Shown piece by piece: positions 1-9,446 of a DNA stretch of 64,000 bases; the first letter of the stretch is position 1; each line of letters starts with the position of its first letter. The position numbers and the translations under genes are program-made. The DNA comes from Thermodesulfobacteriota bacterium. Lineage in GTDB: Bacteria; Desulfobacterota_D; UBA1144; Nemesobacterales; UBA2774. The stretch spans positions 2,272,001 to 2,336,000 of the forward strand of contig OZ244197.1 in assembly GCA_965216785.1 (NCBI GenBank), given 5' to 3'. Below the pieces are notes generated by a model, which saw only the letters and a list, made by a program, of their open reading frames with translations, searched no databases and was not told where the DNA came from.

Positions 1-808
1 CCCTCTCGGCGCGCCTGATTGAAGGGTAGACGAAAAGCGCGGTCGGGATAAGCGCTATCAGATACATCAGCCACAGATCTCCCTCCGCAACGCCAAGCCC
101 CGTCCAGCTTAGCGGATAGATAAATACGAACATATTCACTGTAAAAGATATAATCAGGGCTGAAATAAAAAGCTTTCTCATCTCGGGTACTCTCAGCATG
201 CCCAGCACCTTGGACTCTTCTTCTATGAAGGTCTCCTTTTTATCCTGGGTAATTTTTGGAAAGAAGATCATCGTCGCCAATATCGATATAACCCCCAAGG
301 CGGCGAGTACGAAAAATAGAGTATCAAAACCTATCTTCGCTGCGAGTATAGGGCCCGCGATTATAGCGATCAGAAAAGCGCCCCCGATGGTAAGCCCGAC
401 TATGGTGAACGCGCGCGCGCGTACTTCGTTTCGGGTAACGTCCCCGAGCGATGCGATCGCGACCGAGCTCACGGCGCCCGAGCCCTGTACCACTCGCGCA
501 AGGATCAGCTGCGTAATATTGTCAGACATGGCGCACAGCACGCTGCCTATTGTGAAGAGAGTGAGTCCGAGGATCAATACGGGCTTTCTCCCGAACTTAT
601 CGCTCGCCCACCCAAAGGGTATCTGCAGCAGGCTCTGAGCGAGGGCGTATATACCAAATGCAATGCCCGCCAGTGTGAGATCGGCGCCCGGGTACTTTTC
701 CGTGTATACGCTAAATACAGGCAGGATTAGAAATATGCCCATCAGCCTGAGCGCCATTATGATGCCCACTGTGAATACTGCTTCTAACTCTTGTTTTGTG
801 AATTTCAT
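1..808 (-). CDS. MFS transporter (YajR-like), truncated by window edge
   Basis: Manual translation from ATG at 808: MKFTKQELEAVFTVGIIMALRLMGIFLILPVF...QIPFGWASDKFGRKPV (MFS motif A); absent from ORF track. Confidence 0.85.
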   Translation of the reverse strand, partial: MKFTKQELEAVFTVGIIMALRLMGIFLILPVFSVYTEKYPGADLTLAGIAFGIYALAQSLLQIPFGWASDKFGRKPVLILGLTLFTIGSVLCAMSDNITQLILARVVQGSGAVSSVAIASLGDVTRNEVRARAFTIVGLTIGGAFLIAIIAGPILAAKIGFDTLFFVLAALGVISILATMIFFPKITQDKKETFIEEESKVLGMLRVPEMRKLFISALIISFTVNMFVFIYPLSWTGLGVAEGDLWLMYLIALIPTALFVYPSIRRAER

Positions 809-946
809 CTAAGTGCGGTTTTTCCGGATGCGATTAAAAGCCAATAATATTAACACGAAGGCGGCAAATTGATACAGTTGGAGCTAACGCCGGGGCATTC
901 AGAGGTATTGTTTCCGCTCAGTTCCCGTGTTACTTTCTAAACTATA

Positions 947-2476
947 ATGCCGGGGTTTAAGTCAGAGCAGAATATAGAAACGGACGCTTTTGACCGTGAG
1001 CTTTTCTCAGAGCTCGAGGCTGCCTCAGGGGAGCTCCGGGAAATTATAGATAAAGGTAAGACACTGCTTCCCGCTTTCCGCTCTCTTGCTCTTGACCTCT
1101 TCGCCTCTTTCTACAAACACAACGTGCTGTTTATAGATTATGATGACGTTAGCCGGGCTAGTATTCTCCCAAGAAATATCCTTGAGAAAATTCATAAGGA
1201 CGAGCATTTTAGGCTCCTTAGGGAAGACACGGTGCTAGACGGCTTTAAATCGGCCCTGGCGGTGATCGAAATCTCTCAAAACATATACTCATGGCTCCGT
1301 TCGGACGAAGGTCCCGGTGAGAAGGCTCTTATTAATGAGCACAGGACAGAGCAGGCAGAGCAGGAGCTGGAAGAGCTCAAACAAGAGATGGAAACGTGGG
1401 AAGAGACTGAAGAGCAGCTCGGAGAGGTTGGCAGTGAGTTTGAGGAAGCAAAAAAAGACAGGGAGGGAGAGCTTGCAGAGGCTGAAAGTGAGCTCGGAGA
1501 CCTTACCGAAGAGCAGGAAAAGAGCTTTGAGAAGTCAGAGCTGAAGCTCGGTAATATGGTCCGCTCCTCCATGCGTCAGACAGAGCAGAAGGTAGATGAG
1601 GTAGAGGACGAGCTCATGTCCTGGGGGGCCAATATGGGCGCGCCCGGCGAGCGCGGGGTAGGGGAAAAGCTCGATCTTGCCTCAAAGCTCTATAAGAACG
1701 AGAAGCTCAGAAAACTCTCACGCATAGTGGGCGGTCTCAAGGAAGAAATGCTGTCCGCGCGTAAAAAGACATGGGCCAAGCGCGGGAGCGAAGTGTTCGA
1801 CATAGCCTCGGGCGACGATATCGGGAGGATCATCCCCTCAGAGCTCGTTGCGCTCGGTCACGCGCAGCTCCGGCAAGATTTTCACAAGCGCTTTGTCGAG
1901 GGCAGGCTGCTGCAGTATTACCTTAAAGAAGAAAAGGGCAGGGGCCCGATGGTCATATGCCTTGACGGGAGCTCCTCGATGGAGGGCCCAAAGGAGCTCT
2001 GGTCAAAAGGCGTATGCCTGACCCTTCTTGAGATTGCCAAGCGCGAGCGGCGCAAGTTCCAGGTCGTGGTGTTCTCCTCGGGCGGGCAGCCGCTTAAGAT
2101 CTTCGAGTCCATCGGCAGAGAAGGCGGCTCGGGCTGGGGTATGAAAGAAAAAGACGTATTCGAGCTTGCCGAGTATTTCCCCGGAGGCGGCACTAATTTT
2201 GAGGAGCCGCTTAACAAGGCTCTGGAATTATTACAGGAATCTAAATTCAATGGCGGCGACATAGTGTTTATCACTGACGGCGAATCAAACGTGGGAGACG
2301 CCTGGCTCCGCTCGTTTCAGGAAGAGAAGGAAAAGCTTAAATTCAAGGTCTATTCGGTTCTGATCGACCTATCCGAAAGAGAGTCCTGGCATACGCTCAA
2401 GCATTTCAGCGACAAAGTCACCTCCGTCTCCCAGCTAACCTCCAATGAAGCCCGCGGACTGTTCTTAGATATCTGA
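947..2476 (+). CDS. VWA (MIDAS) domain protein, ViaA/YieM-like, with acidic coiled coil
   Basis: C-terminal DGSSSM MIDAS, GGTNFEEPL and FITDGE motifs; E-rich coiled-coil middle. Confidence 0.8.
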   Translation: MPGFKSEQNIETDAFDRELFSELEAASGELREIIDKGKTLLPAFRSLALDLFASFYKHNVLFIDYDDVSRASILPRNILEKIHKDEHFRLLREDTVLDGFKSALAVIEISQNIYSWLRSDEGPGEKALINEHRTEQAEQELEELKQEMETWEETEEQLGEVGSEFEEAKKDREGELAEAESELGDLTEEQEKSFEKSELKLGNMVRSSMRQTEQKVDEVEDELMSWGANMGAPGERGVGEKLDLASKLYKNEKLRKLSRIVGGLKEEMLSARKKTWAKRGSEVFDIASGDDIGRIIPSELVALGHAQLRQDFHKRFVEGRLLQYYLKEEKGRGPMVICLDGSSSMEGPKELWSKGVCLTLLEIAKRERRKFQVVVFSSGGQPLKIFESIGREGGSGWGMKEKDVFELAEYFPGGGTNFEEPLNKALELLQESKFNGGDIVFITDGESNVGDAWLRSFQEEKEKLKFKVYSVLIDLSERESWHTLKHFSDKVTSVSQLTSNEARGLFLDI

Positions 2477-2482
2477 ACAACG

Positions 2483-2520
2483 GTCATTGCGAGCACTGGG
2501 AAGCATTTACCTGCAATCTC
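2483..2520 (+). repeat. GTCATTGCGAG...GCAATCTC palindromic intergenic element
   Basis: GTCATTGCGAG-N19-GCAATCTC right after a stop codon; related copies at 3693, 8312, 8351, 9306, 37124, 59908. Confidence 0.6.
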
Positions 2521-2638
2521 GACACTGAATCTCACCACTCGCCCTGATGTCGACAAAAAAAGGAATATAAACTATGATTCCAATTACTTATATGCTAGAA
2601 TAGCTAATCTGCTTTATCTTTTACAAGAGGAGGAAAAG

Positions 2639-3619
2639 ATGAGAAAGTTTCTATTTGCCACAGCTATAACTCTAATTTTAGGCTTTATTTATTCGGACAT
2701 AACTTTCGCAGCCTGCGGGGGTGGGCCTACGGAATTTACCTGCAACACGGCTGACCCGAACCCAGATCCTAACGGCATTCAGGAGGCAGCTAACAATGCG
2801 AACCTTCAAATTGACGTCCTGCCCGGCGCGGGTATAGATACGAGCGCGGCTAGTACTGTAGCCATCGATACGGGAAACGGCAATAACCGCATAACCCTTA
2901 ACGAAGCTGAAGTGACGGCGCTTGATGACAATGGTATAGACTCAAGAGACGGGAATGATACGATTGAGGTAACCGATTCAACTGTCAGGTGTGATGACGA
3001 TTGTATCGATACACGAAATGGCAACGACACAATTACTGTAATAAGGTCCATAATAGCGAGTGTCGATAACAACGGTATTGACGCCACAGGTGGAAACAAT
3101 AAGGTAACGGTAATAGATTCCGAGGTTATCGGGGGTCCGGGTACTGGGAATAATTACGGGATAAACCTAAGTGATGGCGATGATATGCTCACCATAAGGA
3201 ACTCATTGGTATTCGGCGAGAATACAGGGGGCGGTATTAGCCGAGCCATACTTCTCAAGAACGGTAACGATATTTTAAGGCTGGAAACGAACGCGCGGGT
3301 AGATGGTTTTATAGACTGCGGCGATACTTCCAATTCAGACGAGCCTAGCGGAACAATAATATTCGCAATGGATGTGCCTGAAGAAGCTCATGCTTTTATC
3401 TCATCTGAAATTGCTGCAGCGGGTCTTCCGGACGGTAGCATAACAATTAACGGCCTTTTCTATGAATGGGAAGACTGTGAGTTTTTAGTTAGCGAGCTAA
3501 ACGGCGTGCGCAGTGTCCGCCCCATTCCCACATTATCTCAGTGGGGATTCATAGCCATGGCCGGAGTGCTTGGTATTGTCGGATTTATCGCTATCCAAAG
3601 AAGAAAAGCAGCCGCGTAA
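2639..3619 (+). CDS. Secreted protein with IPTL-CTERM sorting signal and beta-helix/RTX-like repeats
   Basis: Signal peptide; repeated GID/CIDxxxGNxxI units; C-terminal PIPTLSQWG + TM helix + RRK. Confidence 0.85.
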   Translation: MRKFLFATAITLILGFIYSDITFAACGGGPTEFTCNTADPNPDPNGIQEAANNANLQIDVLPGAGIDTSAASTVAIDTGNGNNRITLNEAEVTALDDNGIDSRDGNDTIEVTDSTVRCDDDCIDTRNGNDTITVIRSIIASVDNNGIDATGGNNKVTVIDSEVIGGPGTGNNYGINLSDGDDMLTIRNSLVFGENTGGGISRAILLKNGNDILRLETNARVDGFIDCGDTSNSDEPSGTIIFAMDVPEEAHAFISSEIAAAGLPDGSITINGLFYEWEDCEFLVSELNGVRSVRPIPTLSQWGFIAMAGVLGIVGFIAIQRRKAAA

Positions 3620-3661
3620 ATTGAGCTAAGCGTACACAATAAATTCAAGGTTAATTACAAT

Positions 3662-3685
3662 AAAGGGAGCTTCGGCTCCCTTTTT
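3662..3685 (+). terminator. Intrinsic terminator
   Basis: AAAGGGAGC-TTCG-GCTCCC-TTTTT. Confidence 0.9.
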
Positions 3686-3809
3686 AAATTATGTCATCCC
3701 GTAGCCGACCGTGGATCTCATTCTTCAAATTTGTCATTGGTATCAATGGGCGGCAATCCATAACAAAAGTTTCTTTTTTAATTCCAATTATCCTCTTATA
3801 ATATCCCCT

Positions 3810-4886
3810 ATGGTCCTAAAAGACCCCATGCACCCGGATGAAGTAACCCCCCAGTGGCTAACACATGCCCTGAGGTCCGGGGGCGTCATTAAAGAGGCCT
3901 CAGTATTATCGGTAGTGAGAACAATACTCGGGGCGGACAAGGGGTTTTTAAGCAGCGTCGTCAGGGCTGAAATGGAGTACGACAAAAAAGAACCCGGCGC
4001 CCCTTTGTCCGTTGTGGTCAAGTTAGAGACTGAATCGGAAGAATACAGAAAATTCAACGAAGAGCTGAGCGCGTTTCAGCGGGAGATAAGGTTCTACCGT
4101 GAAGTAGCCCCGCTCGTCCCTGTCAGGCTGCCCAGGTTTTACTACGGTGTCGACAAGCCCCCCGCCTATTCCCTTGTAATGGAAGACCTTAGCTCCTACA
4201 CCCCCGGTGACCAAATTGAGGGTATGCACCCGGGCCAAGTCAAAGATACGGTCAGGATGATGGCCAAGATTCAGGCCGCTTTCTGGGACAATGAGGCTCT
4301 CGCTAAGCTTGACTGGATGCCCTTAAGCAACAATATGGCCGAAGACTACCTTGAGAAATGGGACTCTTTCGTAGAGCACTTCGGCGCGATCTGCGACCCC
4401 AGGGGGCTTGAGCTGGGCGCGAAGCTAAGGGACTATCTTGATTGGAAGTGGCAGAAGGTTCAAACAAGACCAAGGACAATAGTCCACTTTGACCTCAGGG
4501 AAGACAACCTCCTGTTCGGTAATAAAGACTCAGACGAAGATATTATCATCCTTGACTGGCAGCTCGCGATGAGGAATATAGGCGCCTTTGACATCGCGCG
4601 CCTTATCGCGGGGAGCGAGATTCCTGCTGAGCGCAAGGGGCATGAGTTTCAGGTGCTCAGGGTCTGGTACGATACGCTCATCGAAAACGGAGTGAGTGGT
4701 TATAGCTGGGACGACGCGGTATACGACTTCCGCTTAAGCGCTCTAAACTTTATGTGTAACCCCGTTCACTTCCACTCAGGCGCCATAAATCTAACGGGCC
4801 GTATCAGAAAAGTTGTAGAAGTTATATTCACTAGGCTCTACTCCTTTGTAGTGGAGATTGACGCGGGCTCGATCCTGCCCCGCTGA
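3810..4886 (+). CDS. Ecdysteroid-kinase-like / aminoglycoside phosphotransferase family protein
   Basis: VVVK, REIRFY, HFDLREDN and LDWQ motifs; start moved to ATG 3810, 7 nt after TATAAT. Confidence 0.8.
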   Translation: MVLKDPMHPDEVTPQWLTHALRSGGVIKEASVLSVVRTILGADKGFLSSVVRAEMEYDKKEPGAPLSVVVKLETESEEYRKFNEELSAFQREIRFYREVAPLVPVRLPRFYYGVDKPPAYSLVMEDLSSYTPGDQIEGMHPGQVKDTVRMMAKIQAAFWDNEALAKLDWMPLSNNMAEDYLEKWDSFVEHFGAICDPRGLELGAKLRDYLDWKWQKVQTRPRTIVHFDLREDNLLFGNKDSDEDIIILDWQLAMRNIGAFDIARLIAGSEIPAERKGHEFQVLRVWYDTLIENGVSGYSWDDAVYDFRLSALNFMCNPVHFHSGAINLTGRIRKVVEVIFTRLYSFVVEIDAGSILPR

Positions 4887-4900
4887 GTCTGCTATGATAC

Positions 4901-5377
4901 TTACTTCATACTCTTCTTCACTCTTGTAAGCTTTGTTCTGAAAACGAGGGGAAATTTACCTGTCTCTGTATATACAAACTCCATATTGTTTTCCCCTGTA
5001 ATCTTTCCCTTCATTCTCCCTAAGTCGCCTCTCTCAACCATATATACACTCTTGTTATCATAATCTATTACACCTAGAGTGACTTCGCCTGCCTGGAAGA
5101 CCTTCTTATCCATTATGTGGCCGGGCTGACCCTTTTTATCCTGGCTTCTCCAAAGTCTTTCCGACCAAAAATATGGTCCTTCCTGTTTTACGATCCTCAT
5201 CTCCATGATTACGGTGTTAGTACCGTTAGGGTATGCAACCGTATATTTCTCCGATCTCCACGTGCCCTCTAGGTTCGGGATATTGCTTTCTTCAGCCTGT
5301 GGTGAAAGAACATATATACCAAGTAACACGGCAACTATCAGCGAAAACGTCAGTCCTTTATTAAATAGATCCCTCAT
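4901..5377 (-). CDS. Hypothetical exported protein (small beta-barrel-like)
   Basis: SD AGGAGG, N-terminal hydrophobic segment, LEGTW motif. Confidence 0.65.
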   Translation of the reverse strand: MRDLFNKGLTFSLIVAVLLGIYVLSPQAEESNIPNLEGTWRSEKYTVAYPNGTNTVIMEMRIVKQEGPYFWSERLWRSQDKKGQPGHIMDKKVFQAGEVTLGVIDYDNKSVYMVERGDLGRMKGKITGENNMEFVYTETGKFPLVFRTKLTRVKKSMK

Positions 5378-5427
5378 AAGTCCTCCTAAATTTTGTTTAT
5401 GCCATTATACGACAATTCCTATTACAC

Positions 5428-5802
5428 CTACCATAGCCCCTGTATAGCCACCCCGTTATGTGCCGTGACGGCCTTGCACTTTGCCGACCACTCCACAAGC
5501 GCGGGCATATCCTCCCAGCTCTCTACCGCCATCTTCCAGTGGTTGTCCAGCCCCGCCTGGGTCTCATACATCTCGTCGAGCACGAACATGGTGTTGCCGG
5601 TTGGCTCTGAAGCAGGGTTAAACGGCTCCTTCAGCTCCGGCGCTTTAATGATGTTATAGCGCAGCAGCGCAAGCTCGCCCTCTCTGGGGTGAGTCCTCTC
5701 CATCCACTGTGCGTGCTTTTGAAATACCCTCTCTCCCTCCTCTACTATTTCGGGTGGGGCTATATATATAATAGTAATCTGGGTTTTTCCAATCGTAGAC
5801 AT
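5428..5802 (-). CDS. Hypothetical protein, possible dimeric alpha/beta barrel (ABM-like)
   Basis: SD GGAGG; FVLDEMYETQAGLDNH resembles the ABM ExY..H pattern. Confidence 0.65.
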   Translation of the reverse strand: MSTIGKTQITIIYIAPPEIVEEGERVFQKHAQWMERTHPREGELALLRYNIIKAPELKEPFNPASEPTGNTMFVLDEMYETQAGLDNHWKMAVESWEDMPALVEWSAKCKAVTAHNGVAIQGLW

Positions 5803-5932
5803 TTTACCGCCTCCTTTTTTAGACTATAACATCTTAATAACAGTATACAGGGCTGATTGGCTCTGCTCTGCTGATTAGATTGATTATTGCTTTTGCTCAT
5901 TATTGGTAATACCATATAAAAAGGGTTTTGAT

Positions 5933-6664
5933 ATGGGTATAAAAATACGCGTCTTTGCCATCTTCGTGGTGCTGTGCGCCGTGCTCGGCGGCTGTCTGCC
6001 TAAATACGTCGATGTTGACAAAGAGACAAATGAGATAAAGTTCAACTGCTATTCCATCAAGCCTCCTACCAGGGGCGTATGGAGTAAATCCTCTTCATTT
6101 TTCGAGCTCCACTGCGAGAACACGTTCGTTCTGACCACGGGGGGCGGCGAGGACATTTACTGGATCTATTTCCTCAGTGACCGCACAGAGTACTGGGATG
6201 ACAAGTACAACGTTGACTACATGATGAACGAGACCGAAACCTCCCTTGCGTTCTACAAGCGCAAGATGCTCAATTACCAGAAGTACGGAATCAGGGAGAT
6301 AAGCTCAGAGATCGATGTGGTGGAAGGCGTAAAGGACGTTGTTATAAAGCTTAAGTACGAGTTCATCTCGCCAACACCGGTTGTGTACCGGCTCGGGGGA
6401 AAGGAGTACGTAGAGGAAACAAGCATAAAAGGTTATGAGAAGCTGAATCCGACAAAAAGGTACTACTATGAAGTTATTCAATACAACGTGTCCGAAGGGC
6501 CGTATAAGTGGTTTTTCGGAGACAGCGCCATATTCTACAAGGTCATATTGGTTCACGTCTCGGTAAACGGCAAAAAAGACCCCGGGCTTGACGCGATGGC
6601 CCTTGAGTTTTTAGAGAACGTCAAATTCACACAGTGGTCAAAGAAAGACGAGGGTGAAGGATAA
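5933..6664 (+). CDS. Hypothetical lipoprotein
   Basis: MGIKIR + hydrophobic stretch + LGGC lipobox. Confidence 0.65.
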   Translation: MGIKIRVFAIFVVLCAVLGGCLPKYVDVDKETNEIKFNCYSIKPPTRGVWSKSSSFFELHCENTFVLTTGGGEDIYWIYFLSDRTEYWDDKYNVDYMMNETETSLAFYKRKMLNYQKYGIREISSEIDVVEGVKDVVIKLKYEFISPTPVVYRLGGKEYVEETSIKGYEKLNPTKRYYYEVIQYNVSEGPYKWFFGDSAIFYKVILVHVSVNGKKDPGLDAMALEFLENVKFTQWSKKDEGEG

Positions 6665-6723
6665 AAAGGGGTACAGGACATATGCCCCACAGCCCCTTGT
6701 TTTATGACTTCTGATTAAATACC

Positions 6724-7188
6724 CTACATAAGCTCCGCAGGGGTTTTGTCTTTAATTGCGGGCCAGTTCTCATCTGCTTTAACAATGTGCCCCGGCGTGT
6801 CCTCTTTCCACTTCTTCTGAATATCGGGGTTCAGGTTCAGATAAAGCTTCTCGTCTACGATCTCCCATACCTCAGGGTCGCCAACGAACTTCTTGCCTAC
6901 CGCTACTCCGTAAGCGCAGTATCCTCCGTACTCCGGCAGGTACTGTTCCGGGTTTTTTTCAAACGCGTTTTTATTCTCTTCGCTCGCGAAAAGGTACGTA
7001 ACCCCGTCTACGACTACCACGTTTGTGCCGTTTCCCTTAACCGCTTTCCCTTCCGTATGGTATGACACCAGGTCATAACCCTGAACGCCGGTCGTGCTCG
7101 TCTCAGTGCTTCCCGCAAAAGATTCAACGGCTCCAAAACCGAGCGCTACTACTAAAACCGCTAATAAAAATGTCTTAACTCTAATCAT
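6724..7188 (-). CDS. YHS-domain periplasmic protein (Cys form)
   Basis: GYDLVSY, YLFASEENKNAF, PEYGGYCAYG motifs; signal peptide. Confidence 0.85.
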   Translation of the reverse strand: MIRVKTFLLAVLVVALGFGAVESFAGSTETSTTGVQGYDLVSYHTEGKAVKGNGTNVVVVDGVTYLFASEENKNAFEKNPEQYLPEYGGYCAYGVAVGKKFVGDPEVWEIVDEKLYLNLNPDIQKKWKEDTPGHIVKADENWPAIKDKTPAELM

Positions 7189-7464
7189 GATAATCTCCTT
7201 TTGAATGTGGTTTGCGTCAAGAGGAGATTCTCTCCCCTCGTATATGCGCGTATTCTTTAATTTTCTACGATGCGGATTTTAAGATATTTGATTCCGAATT
7301 TTTCTATAAACCCGTTATGGTCAAAGTAAACCCAGCACAGCGGAGCTTTTTTCTGCCCCCGTTATTGAATTTGTAAACGCGTTGTTCTAGTATCTAAATA
7401 TAAACACCCGGGACCGCTCGGACGGGACTGGGACTATAAAAAAATGCAAGAGGAGGGCAAAGTT

Positions 7465-7779
7465 ATGATGGTAGCCAGATGGCAGATAGAAGCAAGGTTC
7501 GGTCATAAAGACCAGGCGCTTGCCTCGATGAAAAAGTGGATTAAACAGATCGGCTCAAAGGCGGGCATGGAGCCTGACAAGGTGCGTGTGCTTACGGGCT
7601 CCATCGGCGCGCTCGAGTCCACCATCGAAACCGAGTTCTATATCGAAAACCTGGATGAGCTAGATCAGTACTGGGCCAATCTCGCCAAGCTGAAGCCCCA
7701 TAAAAAATGGGGGATAGAATTTGAGAAACACACCGTTTCCGGAACCGCCCGCTGGCAGATTTTCAGAGTAGTTGAATAA
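7465..7779 (+). CDS. Hypothetical protein (dimeric alpha/beta barrel-like)
   Basis: SD GGAGG before ATG 7465; coherent ORF. Confidence 0.65.
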   Translation: MMVARWQIEARFGHKDQALASMKKWIKQIGSKAGMEPDKVRVLTGSIGALESTIETEFYIENLDELDQYWANLAKLKPHKKWGIEFEKHTVSGTARWQIFRVVE

Positions 7780-7836
7780 AGAGCCGGATGGTCAGAATTG
7801 TTCGGTATACTTCACATTTAGTTAAGCCTGAACGGG

Positions 7837-8274
7837 TCACTCTCTAATAACTAGACCTGTTCCCTTGCCAAGTATGATATCCTCTTGTCCGTCCGTAATG
7901 CCTCCCTCGGCAACGACTATATACCCGTTGAGCTTGGGTTTGGGTATGACGGACGTTACGCTCCAGTATAGCTTCAAATCCGTATCCGGCCTCAGAGGCG
8001 CCGCGAACTGTACCTCGAACTCCATACCCATCACCAGATACCCCGGAGCCAGATGCGTAGCGCAGCTGCCCATAAAGAGCGAGCTTGAATGCGGCCCGCA
8101 CGCGATTATCCCTCCGAACCTTGAGGCTTTAGCTATTTCCTCGTCGTGATGAATCGGGTTGAAATCACCCGAAAGCTCCGCAAAAGCCGATATCTCCTCT
8201 ACTGAAAGTCTTAAATCCTTCTCGAACTTAAACCCTATCTCAACAGGCGGCTCAAAATCTATTTCTTCTGTCAT
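7837..8274 (-). CDS. MaoC family (R)-hydratase/dehydratase
   Basis: [14 protein letters not shown]...FGGIIACG hot-dog motif. Confidence 0.85.
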   Translation of the reverse strand: MTEEIDFEPPVEIGFKFEKDLRLSVEEISAFAELSGDFNPIHHDEEIAKASRFGGIIACGPHSSSLFMGSCATHLAPGYLVMGMEFEVQFAAPLRPDTDLKLYWSVTSVIPKPKLNGYIVVAEGGITDGQEDIILGKGTGLVIRE

Positions 8275-8311
8275 GCGGCTTTAATATACTCGATCATTCA
8301 ATTTTGTCTTT

Positions 8312-8416
8312 GTCATTCCTGAATGTTTTTATCGGGAATCTATTTTTTATGTCATCGCGAAGCTCTGGATGTGCCGCGGCAATCTAATCCCCTGCACCCT
8401 GAGCTTGCCCAAGGGC
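8312..8416 (+). repeat. Cluster of short palindromic intergenic elements
   Basis: GTCATTCCTGA...TCGGGAATCT (8312-8341), GTCATCGCGA...GCAATCT (8351-8385), CACCCTGAGCTTGCCCAAGGG (from 8395). Confidence 0.55.
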
Positions 8417-8497
8417 CGCGCGTTATTGGACTCTGAAACCACGGGGGATTATAATTTCATCAAGAGCAGTTTAAAACTCAATCCGGAGCGTGCGCAT

Positions 8498-9298
8498 ATG
8501 GGTAATAACCAAAAGAAAAATAAGAAGCTTGACGACAAAGTATACGAAAAAGAGCTCAGAAAACTTCAGATAGAGCTTGTAAAGCTCCAGGGCTGGGTCA
8601 AGAAAAACGGCAAGAAGATAGTCGTCCTGTTCGAGGGGCGCGACTCGGCGGGGAAAGGGGGTACTATAAAGCGCATCACCGAGCCTCTCAATCACAGAAT
8701 CTGCAGGGTAGCGGCGCTAGGAGTTCCCACTGAAACCGAGAAGACCCAGTGGTACTTTCAGCGCTACGTGGCTCATTTGCCCTCAGCGGGCGAGATAGTG
8801 CTTTTTGACAGAAGCTGGTACAACCGCGCCGGCGTAGAGCGTGTGATGGGCTTTTGCACGAAGGCGCAATATAAAGAGTTCCTTCGCGTATGCCCTGGTT
8901 TTGAGGAGGCGCTCATCCAATCGGGCACCATACTCGTCAAGTACTGGCTCTCGGTCTCTGCTAAGGAGCAGAAAAAGAGGTTTGAGGAAAGAATAGAAAA
9001 TCCTATGAAACGCTGGAAGATCAGCCCTATGGATATGTATGCCAGAAAGCGCTGGTACGACTATTCAGAAGCAAAAGACGAAATGTTCCGCTATACCGAC
9101 ACGAAGTTCTCCCCATGGTACGTTATAGACGCGGACGATAAAAAGCGCGCCAGGCTAAACTGCATCAACCACCTGCTGAGCCTTATTCCCTACGAAGAGG
9201 TGCCGCAGGAAAAGCTCACGCTCCCGCCGCTCCAGAAGAAAAAGGCGCATATCAGGCCCCCGATCAGTGAGCAGACATACGTCCCTGAAAAGTATTAA
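8498..9298 (+). CDS. ppk2: Polyphosphate kinase 2
   Basis: FEGRDSAGKGG Walker A, FDRSWY, WKISPMD; start at ATG 8498. Confidence 0.93.
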   Translation: MGNNQKKNKKLDDKVYEKELRKLQIELVKLQGWVKKNGKKIVVLFEGRDSAGKGGTIKRITEPLNHRICRVAALGVPTETEKTQWYFQRYVAHLPSAGEIVLFDRSWYNRAGVERVMGFCTKAQYKEFLRVCPGFEEALIQSGTILVKYWLSVSAKEQKKRFEERIENPMKRWKISPMDMYARKRWYDYSEAKDEMFRYTDTKFSPWYVIDADDKKRARLNCINHLLSLIPYEEVPQEKLTLPPLQKKKAHIRPPISEQTYVPEKY

Positions 9299-9446
9299 TT
9301 TCTAAGCCATTGCGAGCGGTTCGAGGCGAAGAAGAATCCCTCTTTGTCCTAATAATATCACCTATTTTCAGCAATAACTGATGATTAGTCTATAATAGTA
9401 TTATGAGGTGTATCATTTTGTGCGCTGAGTTTAAAAGAGGCGCGGG

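Noticed and set aside
6724-7188. Selenoprotein form of the YHS protein
   Set aside because: The GGYC position is a normal Cys codon; no in-frame TGA
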